Below are positions 38,585 to 51,070 of a DNA stretch of 64,000 bases, piece by piece. The first letter of the stretch is position 1, and each line of letters starts with the position of its first letter. The stretch spans positions 73,348,001 to 73,412,000 of the forward strand of contig NC_087436.1 in assembly GCF_036321535.1 (NCBI RefSeq). Direction: 5' to 3'. Made by a program: the position numbers and the translations under genes. The notes under the pieces are model-generated. The model was not told the origin of the DNA. It was given only the letters and a program-made list of their open reading frames with translations, and made no database searches. The DNA comes from Camelus dromedarius. Its lineage: Eukaryota.

Positions 38585-40970
38585 AATGATTTTGTTATGT
38601 TCTACCTAAAATTGACATTGGTACAGCTTTTTAGAAAATAATTCTCATTTACCATCATTAAATAATATCCATCATTTGGAGTGATTCTTTGGATCCTCTG
38701 CAGCATTATGCATTAGAGTTATTATCCAAAGACTTCTTTTTTGAAGATGTGCAGAATTTTGTGCTAGTTATCATGTTTTTGTGTGACTTGTGACAATTAT
38801 GTTTTTATAGACCTACACTAGTGCCAGATCGCCATTGTAAGATGTTAAAAGATCAAGAAAATTCTGTAGGACTAAGGAAATGGTATCAAATCAGCCAAAT
38901 TAAGCTGTAGTAGTAAGAACTGGATACTTAAGCAACATCAGATTTTTGGCTAAGTTGAATTGTACTTTAAATATATTTTACTATAAAGCAGAATTCATTT
39001 ATAACACATGCCCATCTTGGAGCCAATCCAAGGTGCTTTTGTCATCAATAATACCAAAAGATCTTTTTACACGGCATCCCATAGTACTGACCTTGAGAAC
39101 AGAATATGGTGCAGATCTTTTGGCTTTTACAGTTGTTCAGAGCCAAGTTAAGAAGATCCATGGTGAGGTCTCTGTTTTTCGGTACAGTACATCATTTCTG
39201 CTCACTAGGAGCACTTTGATGTAAACCAGCATAGCTTTAACAGATTTTTAAGGAGGGTCATAAATATGATTTTTAAATGGTTAGTTACTCTGACAGTTTT
39301 TCTGAACATTTTGTTTCATGACTATTATTTCATCATAGAGGTGTAAATGCCAGTAGTAGCTAATACTTTTAATGTTGTTTCATATTTTATAGAAAGCAGT
39401 ATTACTAACATTTTTAAAAATACAAAATATAGAAGAACCCATTAAAAATAATAATGTGGTTCTTCTAGTTAAAGTAGGAATTGGAGAAAGGATTGTAATA
39501 CTTCCCTTTAATTAGGAGGGTAGATTACTATCCAAGAGCTTTTATTTAGAGAAATAGATAAGTAAAACAGCAATTTTAGAATAGCTTCTTACTGAATTTC
39601 CAAAAGAATATCTCTTAGTTATTTTCTGATTGATCCAGGTGTCAGAAGGTTTTAGGTCATAGGTTTTTTCCTAACTTCGTAGCAAAAACAACTGAAATTA
39701 CTAAATTAACTGTCATGAACACTGTGGATTAGAATTAAAAATTACTAGCCCAAAGCCAAATTCAACTTTGAAGCACATGTACATATATGGCCTTCATTCA
39801 CACATCTATACTATAATAGTTAGAATTTGAGTATCAATTATTTCAATGTGTTAACTAGAAATGAACTGCATTTTGTGCTAAAATATTCATTGTAATTTTA
39901 TTTGTGTTATATTAATATCGGTAAAGATATGGTCACTTGAATTTTTTATATTTAAGAAGTTTCTATTTTAGCTCATGTCATATTTTTATGTAAGATTCCA
40001 AACCTTCCCTCTGGGATTTTACCCACATTTGAGAGATTAGCACTATGCTAAAAAGAAATCACTGACGTTCTATCTTTTTGCTACCTTATAAAAAAGCTCA
40101 TTTGCTACCCATTATTTATTTTAGTTATTTAATTTTGAATTCATAATGGACACTCTAATGGGGAGTTTGTGTATGATCTTAGTTTTATGGAGATTCTTTG
40201 CTAGAGATGGAGAATGACCCTCACTCTATTTTTGAGCAAAAAAATTAAAAGTCAGTGGACAGGGAAGAAAAGTAAGAAGATCGATCCAAACACAGTATGT
40301 CCAGATCCTAGCCCTTTACTGGCTTCTTAGACTAAATCAAGCCCAGAAGACCTTTCCAAGAGTAAATCCCCAGTTTCTGCCTCTATCAACACAGGTGCGA
40401 CAGTCACTTTTACTACTTGTGTTCACAGTGAACTCAGCTCTTGTCTCCTTTCTCGTTAGTCTTAGTACCATTGAGAGAGAGAGCTGTGGGCAAAGTATTG
40501 GTATCATCAAGGAGCCGGACCTACCCATTTGCCCTTTATTTTTATGAAGAAATGATTACCAGTAGAAACCTGACATAAGAAATAGGGTCTTCCCCAGCTG
40601 CCACCCAAACAAATACCTGAACACAGTATATACCTCAGTCCACTGTTCCCAGAGATTCCAGCTTAGCCTGAGGAAGAACTGTTCTGTGCACAGCAAAACC
40701 AGTCATCCCCCATCCAGAGGTTCCTCAAGCAGCCAAGGCCAACCTAAGGGTTGCAGTTTGCTTTCAGGCTTGGAATAGCCTCTGGGTCCTAGAACAAACC
40801 AGGCCACCAGTTCAACCTCAGCATCAAATCAGGTACGAAGGACTTGTCATGGTGTTTTTCTCCATGTGAACTTTGAATCTCTGGAAATAGACTTTGCTAA
40901 AGATAATCACAATTATACCATAGTCTTTAATTTGAGAAAAGATGAAATGTATTAATATATATTTAGTTTT

Positions 40971-41096
40971 AATAAAAAGATAAAATTATTATAGAAATAA
41001 TTGAGTAGTGAAGAATCCATTATATATTTGAAAAATAAAGTATTTTTTCCAGTAATGTGCTCTATGTGGTTTTTATACATTCAGTTATTCAATAAA
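40971..41096 (+). terminator. Cluster of candidate THAP6 polyadenylation signals
   Basis: AATAAA at 40971, 41034 and 41091, with GU-rich sequence (tgtgctctatgtggtttt) after the second; unique sequence ends here, just before an ERVL remnant. Confidence 0.5.
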
Positions 41097-41139
41097 ATGA
41101 GCAGAGAAAAATCAAGAGTATGTATACAGTGGTTTTGCT

Positions 41140-42050
41140 TTAATTCATTCCACATTTTTTCCTCCACCAATAACTGATATCATAGAGTCTGCTAGGTTAG
41201 ATGACCCAAGTGGTAGGCCTGATTCCACTACAGTGTGGACCTGCCATGGACCTCTTTCCTGCTTTTGGCCTCACCCAGAACTAGCAGCCTTCATGTCACC
41301 AGTATATAGGTGAGAGCAGTACCCTCAGGTGTGAAATATGCCGCCTTCAGAACCCAGAGAGGCTTAATAGGCATTGTGCCTCCTTATTCATAGTGGGAGA
41401 TACAAGTTGTACTAATTTGTCTGTTACTTCAGAGGGGATGTCCTAGCATGCCCTCATCACTGGATACTCCTCCCCCAAAATTTTACTGATGTAGCAGACC
41501 CCTGAATTTCATGGTTTTTGTCTCAGCCTCCGGAGTGCATGTACTTCATCAAGGCCTCAAATTTACTTACTAGCCACATCTTGCTCATCCCATTCAATTA
41601 ACATAATCCGTCAATGTAGTGAACAGTGAGTTTTCTGTAGAATGTTTATCTGGTCTAGGTCTATTTTAGTTACAACAGAAGCAAGAGAGTTACAACATAA
41701 CCTAGGCTGTTCGCATCACTTTTTGCTCATTCCGTGTGAATGTGAACTGTTTCTGACCTGTTCTTTTTAGGCGGGTGGAAAAGCACGCACCCACCTGATC
41801 AGTGGTCACATGCCATGTGCCTATAGCCTCATTAATTGGCTCTGGCAAGATACCACATCTGGCACACAGCTGTAGTCAGGGCTACTACTGGGTTGAATTT
41901 GCCTTAGTCCACTGTCATCCTGCAGCATCTGTCTAAATTTTGCAGGAACCAGACTGGAGAATTAAATGGAGATACAATGGGGGCCACTGCTCCTACATCC
42001 TGTAAGTTCTGTAAAGGTAGCACCTTAGCCAACCCCACAGAAAAATCTGA
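41140..42050 (-). mobile_element. ERVL/MaLR internal remnant with decayed reverse transcriptase
   Basis: Minus-strand peptide SPFNSPVW...RMTVD (ORF 41904..42167) is the ERV-L RT motif SPFNSPxW...WRMTVDY. VHYID (decayed YIDD) lies at about 41624-41610. Confidence 0.8.
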
Positions 42051-42061
42051 AGCCAGGGGTG

Positions 42062-42624
42062 TGTGAAGGGAGGAATTAATATAGCAGGCCTGTAAGCAAG
42101 ACTTTCTAAAGATAGCAGTCTCTATCTTTAGAAAGTCCTGCTTACAAGGTTGGCTCTTGGCTGGCATCTGGGAATTTGGATTTCAGGAGGATTTCCACCA
42201 TTCCCTAACTAGTAAGAGGGGCTCTCTGTGCCTTAACAATTTGTAGAAACAGTGTGGTTTATGCTGAACATCTGCTCTCCTTCTGGGAGTCTGGAATTTG
42301 GGAATATCTTAGGCAAAGAGTGCCTATATAACAAGCCCCCAGTAAAACCTTGGGCCCTGAATCTTTAATGAGATTTCCTGGTAGACAACATTTCATATAT
42401 GTTGTCACAATTCCATGCTGGCTGAAGGGGGCTCCTGGAGGCTTACACCTGTTTACCTCTAGACTTTGCACCATGTCCTATTTCCCTTTACTGATTTTGC
42501 TTTATCTTTGTATTGTTTTGCTACAATCCTAGCCATGTAGCAATGAGTACAACTATATGCTGAATTCTATGAGTCCTCCTAGTGACTTATTAAACCTGGG
42601 GGTGCTCTTGGGGACTCCCAACAC
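42062..42624 (+). mobile_element. Solo LTR (MER21-like)
   Basis: TG...CA ends; gcaggcct...ttagaaag...caaggttggc 5' motif; tatataa and agtaaa signals; ctagtgacttattaaacctgggggtgctcttggggactcccaacaca 3' end. Confidence 0.75.
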
Positions 42625-42862
42625 AGACGGTCTTCTAAAATTGCCCTGAGTTGGGGCAAAGAATCTGAGCCTTTAATCAGTCATTGGATGTGGGCAGCCC
42701 CAGAAAAAGGGAATGCCATTAGGCAAGGCAGTTCACTTCAATTGAGGCAATATCTGAAGAGGGCTGTGAGCTTAGGTCTGTCACTCCCAGCAGCTGGAGG
42801 AATAAGTCCTTGCTTTGTTCCTGAAGGGGGTTCTGGGTGTTACATCAAGAGTGTCCACTGCT
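42625..42862 (-). mobile_element. ERVL-class LTR fragment (LTR33/LTR16-type)
   Basis: cagtcattggatgtgggcagcccc...gcaaggcag...tgaggcaat motif, adjacent to the ERVL internal sequence. Confidence 0.5.
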
Positions 42863-44844
42863 TCCTTGAACTCTCTCTGGCACTCACTCTTCTTCATTTT
42901 GCTTTAACCCACAGTTATTCTAGAACGCTCTCATTAATGGTCAAATTAGTGACACATCAACCAACACCACAGTAAAACTGTTCTATCAGGTTCCTCTAGT
43001 TATGAAAATATGAATTCTTCAAAGATAGTTCTGTTGCATGTTGGGGACTTCTTATGGTTTGTAATATTTGGTACCATTTACATTAGATTCAACATAGTCT
43101 AGGTAAAGATAGGAAACTGGAGATGGGCTGATACATAAGGTAATAAATAAGTAAATAAATAAATGCTCAAGTACAACAGTACAATCAATAGAAATAGAAT
43201 TTGGACAGAGATTTGTGGGTCATCAGTGTAAGTACCTAGCTGGATTCCAGTGTTTGAAAGAGATAATATATAAATTTATATTCATAAATATATATAGTTG
43301 TACATCTGAAATTAATATAATGCTGTATATCAATTATACCTCAATTAAAAATTATATAAATTTATCATGTAGTATACATATCTTCCAAACAGTGGAACCC
43401 ACCCAGTACCTACAGCAATGACTCACAACTCTATGCCCAAACTCCATTTCTATTGATTGTATACCCTTAACATTTCTCAGATACAGCCCCCTCCCTACTC
43501 CATCTCCAGGACCATTGCCTTGGTTTAAGCCCTTTTTCTTACCTTGATTACTGCAACAGACTCTTTGGTTTCCCTATCTCCAGTCTGCCTCCAGGAAGTT
43601 TTCTCTAAAATGTGTATGTCAATAATCACATTAAACAAAAATTACCCAAACACCCCAATTAAAAGACAGAATTATGAGACTGGTTAGGAAAGGAAGACTC
43701 AACTATAAGCCATGTTCAAGCAGTGACTTTAAATACAAATATACAACAGGTTAAAATGAAAGGCCTTTAGAGATGTGCTCAGGAGAAACAACGGTGCCCG
43801 TGCTCCCACATCCCTCTCCTTCCTCCCAGCTCTACTTCTGATCATGGAATACTGCCTGATGCAAAGGAGGAGTCAGAAGAAGAAAATGTTAGATCAGGAC
43901 CAGGAAACCCAGGAGCAGAAGACAGATACAATTTTTAATCTAAGAACCACCTGGGGGTGGAGAGTGAGCACTAGTAACAGCAGTTTAAGAGGAAATCCTG
44001 AGAATTTAGCACATCCAACCATTTCACATATATTTTTCAAGTTCCAGGAACTGTTATGCCAGGAAATGTGCTAGGCACTAGAGAACCAACAAAGAAAAGA
44101 CCAGTTCCTGCCCTCAAAGAGGTTAGAGACTAGCAAGAAGTTCCAAAAGCCATAATCCAGGGATACCAAGGAGTACACTTCAGGAGGATGGGCTGCCTGA
44201 TGCCTTTTTCCTCACTGTGCATGGCTTTATTAGTAGACACACATGCTCAGTAGAATTCACACCACATCATCAAGTTTGTGTCTCTGTCTCATTCATTTAA
44301 TATTTATCTTAGGCAAGTGAAGTTTATAGATGAGCATATTTAATGTAATCACCCATGATGTGTGCTTTCAAAGCCTCATAAGCTATTGTGAGGGGTACAA
44401 AGATGATGAGGGCATTCACAGCCTACAGGGACACACATGTACATAACACAAACACATAGAAGTGGACAAGGTGGCAGGACTGTGGCAATTAAAGTAGGTG
44501 ACTATGAAATTAATGGGGCCTCAGAGTTCCAAAATGGAACTTAAGTGTGTCAATGTGGGCACTTTTAAGGCTCTGTCCCAGGACCTGGATTCTGTCAGCA
44601 CCCTCCTCAGATGTCAAAGTAGGAGACCAGACCAACCAAAGAGAACTAAACAGACCTAGGTTCAAGTCCCAAGCCTGCCAGTTTATTACATATGGGACCT
44701 GGGCCAAGTTACTGAACCTCTCTGAGTATTTACAAAGTAGACAATGATACTTTCCTCACCCTATTGTGGTAAGAATTGTATTTAATTGTGTGTAAAACAT
44801 AGACCATACAATGAGCTTTCCATGTATTGTTTTTTCTCTCTAAT

Positions 44845-45415
44845 TAGAAAAGATGCATGCACCCCAATGCTCATAGCAGCACTGTTTACAATAGCCGAGG
44901 CATGAAAGCAACCTAAATGTCCACAAATGGATAAAGAATATATGATACATACATACAATGAAATACTACTCAGCCATAAAAAAACAATGAAATAATGCCA
45001 TTTGCAACAACATGGATGAACCTAGAAATTGTCATACTAAGTGAAGTCAGAAATAGAAAGACAAATATCATATGATATCACTTATATGTAGAACCTAAAA
45101 AAATATACAAGTGAACTTATTTGCAAAACAGAAGGAGACTCACAGACATAGAAAAGAAACATGGTTACCAAAGGGGAAAGTGGCGAGGGATAAATTGAGA
45201 GTTTGGGATTAGCAGATACAAACTACTATATACAGAATAGATAAACAGCAAGGTCCTACTGTATAGCATGGGGAATTGCATTCAATATTCTGTTATACAC
45301 CATAATGGAAAAGAATATGAAAAAGAATGTATATACAACTGAATCACTTTGCTGTACACCGGAAACTAACACAACATTGTAAATCAACTATACTTCAATT
45401 AAAACTTTTAAAAAT
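44845..45415 (+). mobile_element. L1 3' end
   Basis: caatgaaatactactcagccataaaaaa ORF2 tail; ttgtaaatcaactatacttcaattaaaa terminus. Confidence 0.85.
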
Positions 45416-46578
45416 ATACACATATGGTTTTTCTTTCTTTAAATCCCTGGCAGGAGCATGAGAGAAGAAGACAAGAACAGGAAGGGCACAAGGCAAGATG
45501 GGAAAACGCACTTGATGGGCTGTGTAGCAGCACAGGCAACAGTGGCCAGGCGCGCTACTTGTGCCTTAAATAAACCTTCCCTCTCTGTGGCATCTCAAAA
45601 GCAGGCAAGGAACACTGTCCCACTGAAAGAGAGAATTTTACTTCATCACATCTTCCCATGTCAACCCTAAAAGGTCATTTAATCTATCTTAGATATGTCT
45701 CACTCACTCATTCGTTTTTTTCATTCCACTTCATCAAGCACCACGGACAGTGCTGCTCACGATGCGGTTCAGAGACCAGTGTACAAGTTAAGGAGCTTGC
45801 CCCAGGATGGAAATCAACTACAGCACGAAGCACACTATTTAATTTATTCATCATTTTTTCATAGCAAGGTTTTCTCCATGAATGAAACAATGTGTTGATT
45901 TACATTCTAGAATGAGCGACTTATTCTTGACTTGCTACTTTGGGTAGCACTGTCTCAGAGTTATCAAGTCATTTATCAAGTCTTGGAATTAACCTTAGCT
46001 CCATGGTTTGTGGTCAGTTGACAGCAGGGGAGTCCCCGACAGATTTGTGTTAGATAATAAATTTCCCAAATCCTGGTGGTAGAGCTTGCACAGTTGAAAA
46101 ATAACATCATCTCTGACTCAGCGAATGTGGGCCTCATCCTTTCTAAAAAACAGAAGGGTTTTATTAAACAAAGGTAGTGAAGCATACGGGCTGTGCAAGA
46201 TGCTAACCACAAATCCTGGGATGAGCCCCTTGTGGAGACAGGCATCAGCTGCAGACTTGCCAGCCAGGTGTACTCAACATGCAATTTCACAAAAAATGAA
46301 GGGTACTGGTGCTTGTGAAAGAAGGAGACTGTAATGCTACGAAGTGTTGCCAGGCTGTACAGCTGAAGGAACTTACCTCTGAAATCCAAAGGATTTAAAA
46401 AAATATTTTGGCTGCCACTCTTATTAGGACACTTGTGGGTGGGTCTTAAGAGTAGGGAACGCCTTATTGAGATGTCCATTTCACCTTTGCTTGGCCATCC
46501 CATTTTCTGGACATATTTTGTTAAAAAGGTAAGGAATAGTTTTAGCTAGCAATGAAATGTGACTATCCAAAGGATCAA

Positions 46579-46681
46579 GGAGGTGGGGTACAGCTCTGTG
46601 GTAGAGCGTGAGCTTAGCATGTGTGAGGTCCTGGGTTCAACCCCCAGTACTTCCATTAAAAATAATAATAATAATAAAATT
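46579..46681 (+). mobile_element. tRNA-derived SINE (Vic-1-like) with (AAT)n tail
   Basis: ggggtacagctctgtggtagagc...gaggtcctgggttcaacccccag; approximate TSD aaaggatcaa / aaggaatcaa. Confidence 0.88.
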
Positions 46682-46789
46682 AAGGAATCAAACTCACTAA
46701 GGCCCCATAGGGAATGGAAAATTTTAGAGTGAAATGAAAATGTATTCTATAATTTAAATCTAAAACCATGTCTAGCAAGTTATTTTTAC

Positions 46790-47478
46790 TTTTCTTTGTT
46801 TGTCTGTTTGTTTCTTTTATTGAAGTATAGTCAGTTTACAATGCTGTGTCAATTTCTGGTGTACAGCGTAATAGTTCAGTCATACATATACGTTAATTTG
46901 TTTTCATATTCTTTTTCATTATAGGTTACTACAAGATATTAAATATAGTTCCCTGTGCTATACAGTATAAACTTGTTTATCTATTTTATATATAATACTT
47001 AGTATCTGCAAATCTCGAACTCCCAATTTATCCCTTTCCATCCACTCCCACCCTGTAACCATAAGTTTGTTTCCTATGTCTGTGAGTCTGTTTCTGTTTC
47101 ATAAATGAGTTCATTTGTCTTTTTTTAGATTCCACACATAAATGGTATCATATGGTATTTTTCTTTCTCTTCATGGTTTACTTCACTTAGAATGACATTC
47201 TCCAGGTCCATCCATGTTGCTGCAAATGGCATTATTTTATTATTTTTTATGGCTGAGTAGTATTCCATTGTATAAATATACCACAACTTCTTTATCCAGT
47301 CATCTGACATTGGACATTTAGATTGCTTCCATGTCTTGGCTATTGTAAATAGCGCTGCTATGAACATCAGGGTGCATGTATCTTTTCTAATTAAATCCAG
47401 CAATCCCACTCCTGGATATATGCCCACTCCTGGAGTGGGATTGCTGGATCATATGCAAAGTCTATTTTCAGCCTTTCA
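46790..47478 (-). mobile_element. L1 3' end
   Basis: ORF 47125..47427 (KDTCTLMFIAALFTIAKTWKQ...EYYSAIK) is the L1 ORF2 C-terminus. Confidence 0.9.
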
Positions 47479-49339
47479 GCAAGTTATTTTTAAATGTACC
47501 TTATGGCAGAGGCACTCTGCATGTGCCCAGAGAGAACTATAGGAGGATGGTTTGTAAGAGCAGAAAATGGAAAGCAACCCAAATTCCATCAAGTGGTGAA
47601 TTGATAAAACTATGGGGCACCCATATAAGGCAGCAGTAAGCAAGAATTCAAAAAAAAAAGGAGTTGATTATATGCATTGGGACAGAAAGAAAAGACACAT
47701 TTTAAGTGAAAAGAGATAATTAAGAAGGCAACTCGAAACATTATCCCTTTCATATAAAAAAAATTTAAAACTGCCTACAAAATTTCCGAATGTGTGTGTG
47801 TAAATATATGGAAAAAGGAATGGAAGGATATATGGCAAACTGTTAAAAAGTGATTTGGTCTAGAGAGGGGAGCATATACTATGTGTGTGGAGCGGGGGCA
47901 GAGGGAGGGAGAGAGAAGAGGCAGGCAGGGAGGCCGGGAGAGAAAATGAAAAATTTAACAGCATTCTACACATTTAAATCAAAACCATGTCATTTCTGAA
48001 AAACTAGGAGTTGCTTGTTACTATGTCCCTCATCATCTCCTGGAGACATTGGCTAAGGGTGGATCCAAGTCTTAAATTACTACCACTTCCTGTAACTCTT
48101 ACACATTTCAAAGAACTCTCTCAAACCCCTGACAGCTTAACTACTGAGATTTACAGAAACCACTGTCTGGGTAGGTACAGTTACAAGATTTTAGTTAGCT
48201 TGCCTGTGACTCTTCCCCTGGCAGAACCCTGAAGAAAACCCCCTTTATCCCCTTCTGAGAACCTTCCCATTCAGCTTTCCAACTGACTCAGTGCCTCAGA
48301 GAACTGAAAAACAGGACTTCAAAGTACTGATACCGAGAAGTATTGCATACTCTGCTGGAACTTTTCCCAATTTTCATAAATCCTCATATTCTGCCTTTTC
48401 TTTGTTTTGTTTCAGATATCCAGGTTCTAGAAGAAATGTTTGTTGGAGACAGAACGTTACCTTTTAGTAGTAACGATAGCGAACATTTACAAGGTGCCAA
48501 TCTCCATTGAAAGTGCTTAGATGTTATTAACTCATTTAAACTCCCCACAAACTGTGAGGTAGGTACTATTATTCTTCTTCTTTTAGAGACAAGGAAAATA
48601 AACAGAGAAAAGTTGAATAACTTGCCCATAGTCTCACAGCTCATCTAATGATATATATTCTCATCATTATGTATAATGATGTCTCTTTGAAATATCTTTT
48701 TGTAAAGAGAGGCAGTATTGTCAACTCCAATCTATAACACCAGACCTAGCACTTTCGCGTCCCTTGGTGCTGAATTGCAGTTGAACATTGACAACATCTG
48801 AAGGCCAGACTTCAATCATTCCATTCAGAGGCTCCAGCTGGGGTGGTGAAAAGCTGAAGGATAACGTATGAACTCACCTTGTGTCTGAAGCTGGGGAAAG
48901 CCCATAGTTACTCATCACCGCAATCTGGATCTGTCTGATGCTACCGACAAGGATAAGCAAGGCGGCTGAGCACTCAGGGTGAAGTCACGTCACCGCATCC
49001 AGAGCCAAGACATTCAGGTCTCCACAGCTTCCACCTGCCCAGGAGTCTGTCTAGTCACTCAGTTTCTCTCAGCTCTCAAGAAGAATGCATGGAATGATAA
49101 TAAGATGGGTCTTAATCTCTGCAAATACCTTACCCAACCACTGGAACTGAAGTAATTTTCTACTCCCTGTCTACATCTATAGTTTGTAATCAAATACAAA
49201 AATCTAAAAGTTTATAGCTCTTCCTTCTACTTAGCAAGTAACACTAGGCTTAAAATGGAATCTTCATTCTCTATGTGATTTGTTACTATAAGACTGTGTT
49301 GGTTCTATTTTACAATCAGTTTAAGAAAACATGCAGTAC

Positions 49340-49690
49340 ACTGAGTGGCTTCAGGTATAGCTGGATCCAGGGGTTCAATGATGTCATCAGAATGTAACAT
49401 CTCTCCACCCCATTTTACTGAGCAAACTCTCCCTTCATATATATAGGTATGTCTCTTCCCAACTTTAAGTCCAAAGGCAAAATGTGTGCCTCTTTTCTAG
49501 TCACTTATACAAAAATCCCAGGGCTAGTTTTGACTGGGCCTGGTTGGCTTGGCTTGAGTCAAATGCCCACCCCTAAGCCAATCACTGTGCCCACAGAAAT
49601 GCTATGCTATGCTATGCTATGCTATGATTGGCAGGTGTAGGTTGCAGACAATCCTGGAGCCAGGAGTGTAGGGTTGGTTCCCCCGAGGGA
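49340..49690 (-). mobile_element. MaLR LTR fragment containing an (ATGCT)5 microsatellite at about 49599-49626
   Basis: ggcttcaggtatagctggatccagggg and gattggc/ccaatcactgtg MLT1 motifs. Confidence 0.6.
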
Positions 49691-50299
49691 ACTCAGAGTA
49701 AGCAGAAGAACTGAGATGGATGCAGGGTGGGGCAAGCAAAAATAATGGCAACAGAGCTCAGAGCATAGTGTGGTCTCTGAGAGGTGCAGTAGTGGGGACA
49801 TAGCTTCAGAGTGAAGATTTTTGTGTCAGTAAATCTCTTTATGCACATTTGTCTGCTGGATAAGGGGGGAAGGTATGGTAGTATTTTGGTCCTTGGTATG
49901 ATTGTGATAGATAAAGATGCCTTTAAATGCACAATTTGGTTCATTAGGAAACATACAGAATCACTCTTTCATTATATTTGGCCCAGAAAATAGATTCTGT
50001 TCCTGATCTTGTGAGCTGGTTCTCTAGCTCACTGGGGACCAGATTCATTCGCAGTCATCCATCCCTATACTCATGCACTCGCACAGTCCAGAAGAATCTT
50101 CTAGGAGTCTGCCACATGGGCAGCACTGGAAGTCACCTTCAATCAGTGAAACCCTGGAAGGTGAATCTCCTAAGCAGTGTCCCACCCTCCCTCTCCCTGT
50201 GGGCAGTCACTGTTCCCACCAGTTTGTGAAGTAGGTCGGTGGGACTCTGACATTTCTGAGAGAATAAAACACAAATTTATACAGTGTGATCTTCTTAAA

Positions 50300-50790
50300 A
50301 AAACTTTTTATAAGATTTCAAACAAAAGTGGATAGTATAATAAAATTGAGTGTACCCATTACCCAGCTTAAACAATTATTAAACATGGACAATCTTGTTG
50401 CATCAATACCCCCACTCACTCCCCATCCTCTGAATATTTTGAAGTAAATCCAGGACAAAATATAATCTGTAAATAGTTCAGCATCTGTCTCTGAAAAGTA
50501 AAGACTCTATTTTGGGTTTTGTTTTTTTTTTTTGACAAAGCCATTTATTATTATCACACCTACAATAATCACTTAATATTATCAAATGCCTAGTCAGTGT
50601 TTACATTTCTCCAACTGTTTTTTTTTAATGATTTGTTTGTTTAAAACAGGACCCAAGTAAAGTCCAAATATTGTAATTATTTTATATGTCTCTTTAATCT
50701 CTTTTAATCTTTAATTTTCCCCAAAATTCTTTTATTTATTTTGCCTTGAAAAAAAAAAATTTTAACAAACCAAGTCTCTTGTCCTACAGT
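50300..50790 (-). mobile_element. Old L1M 3' fragment
   Basis: gtacccattacccagctt...aatattttgaagtaaatccagg motifs. Confidence 0.6.
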
Positions 50791-50849
50791 ACATGGGTGA
50801 GTTTTAAGGATACTTTTACAGACATAAGTTGACAGAGTGTCAGAGCCCA

Positions 50850-51070
50850 CCTAGCACAGTGATTAGACCAAGAATTCTACAGCCGAACTGTCTCTGTTCG
50901 TATCATGACTACCACTTATTTGCCACATGACTTAACCTCTCTGTGCCTCAGTTTTCTCATCTTTAAATGGGGATGACAGTAGTACCTACCTCATTGGGTT
51001 GATAATTAAATGGCTTAATGTAGGTGCAATAATTTTAACAGTGATGCTTAGAATACAGCAAATGTTATAT
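50850..51070 (+). mobile_element. MIR SINE
   Basis: acttaacctctctgtgcctcagttttctcatctttaaatggggatgacagtagtacctacctca core. Confidence 0.75.

Noticed and set aside
45976..46503. 175-aa minus-strand ORF
   Set aside because: No recognisable domain or exon structure; consistent with chance.
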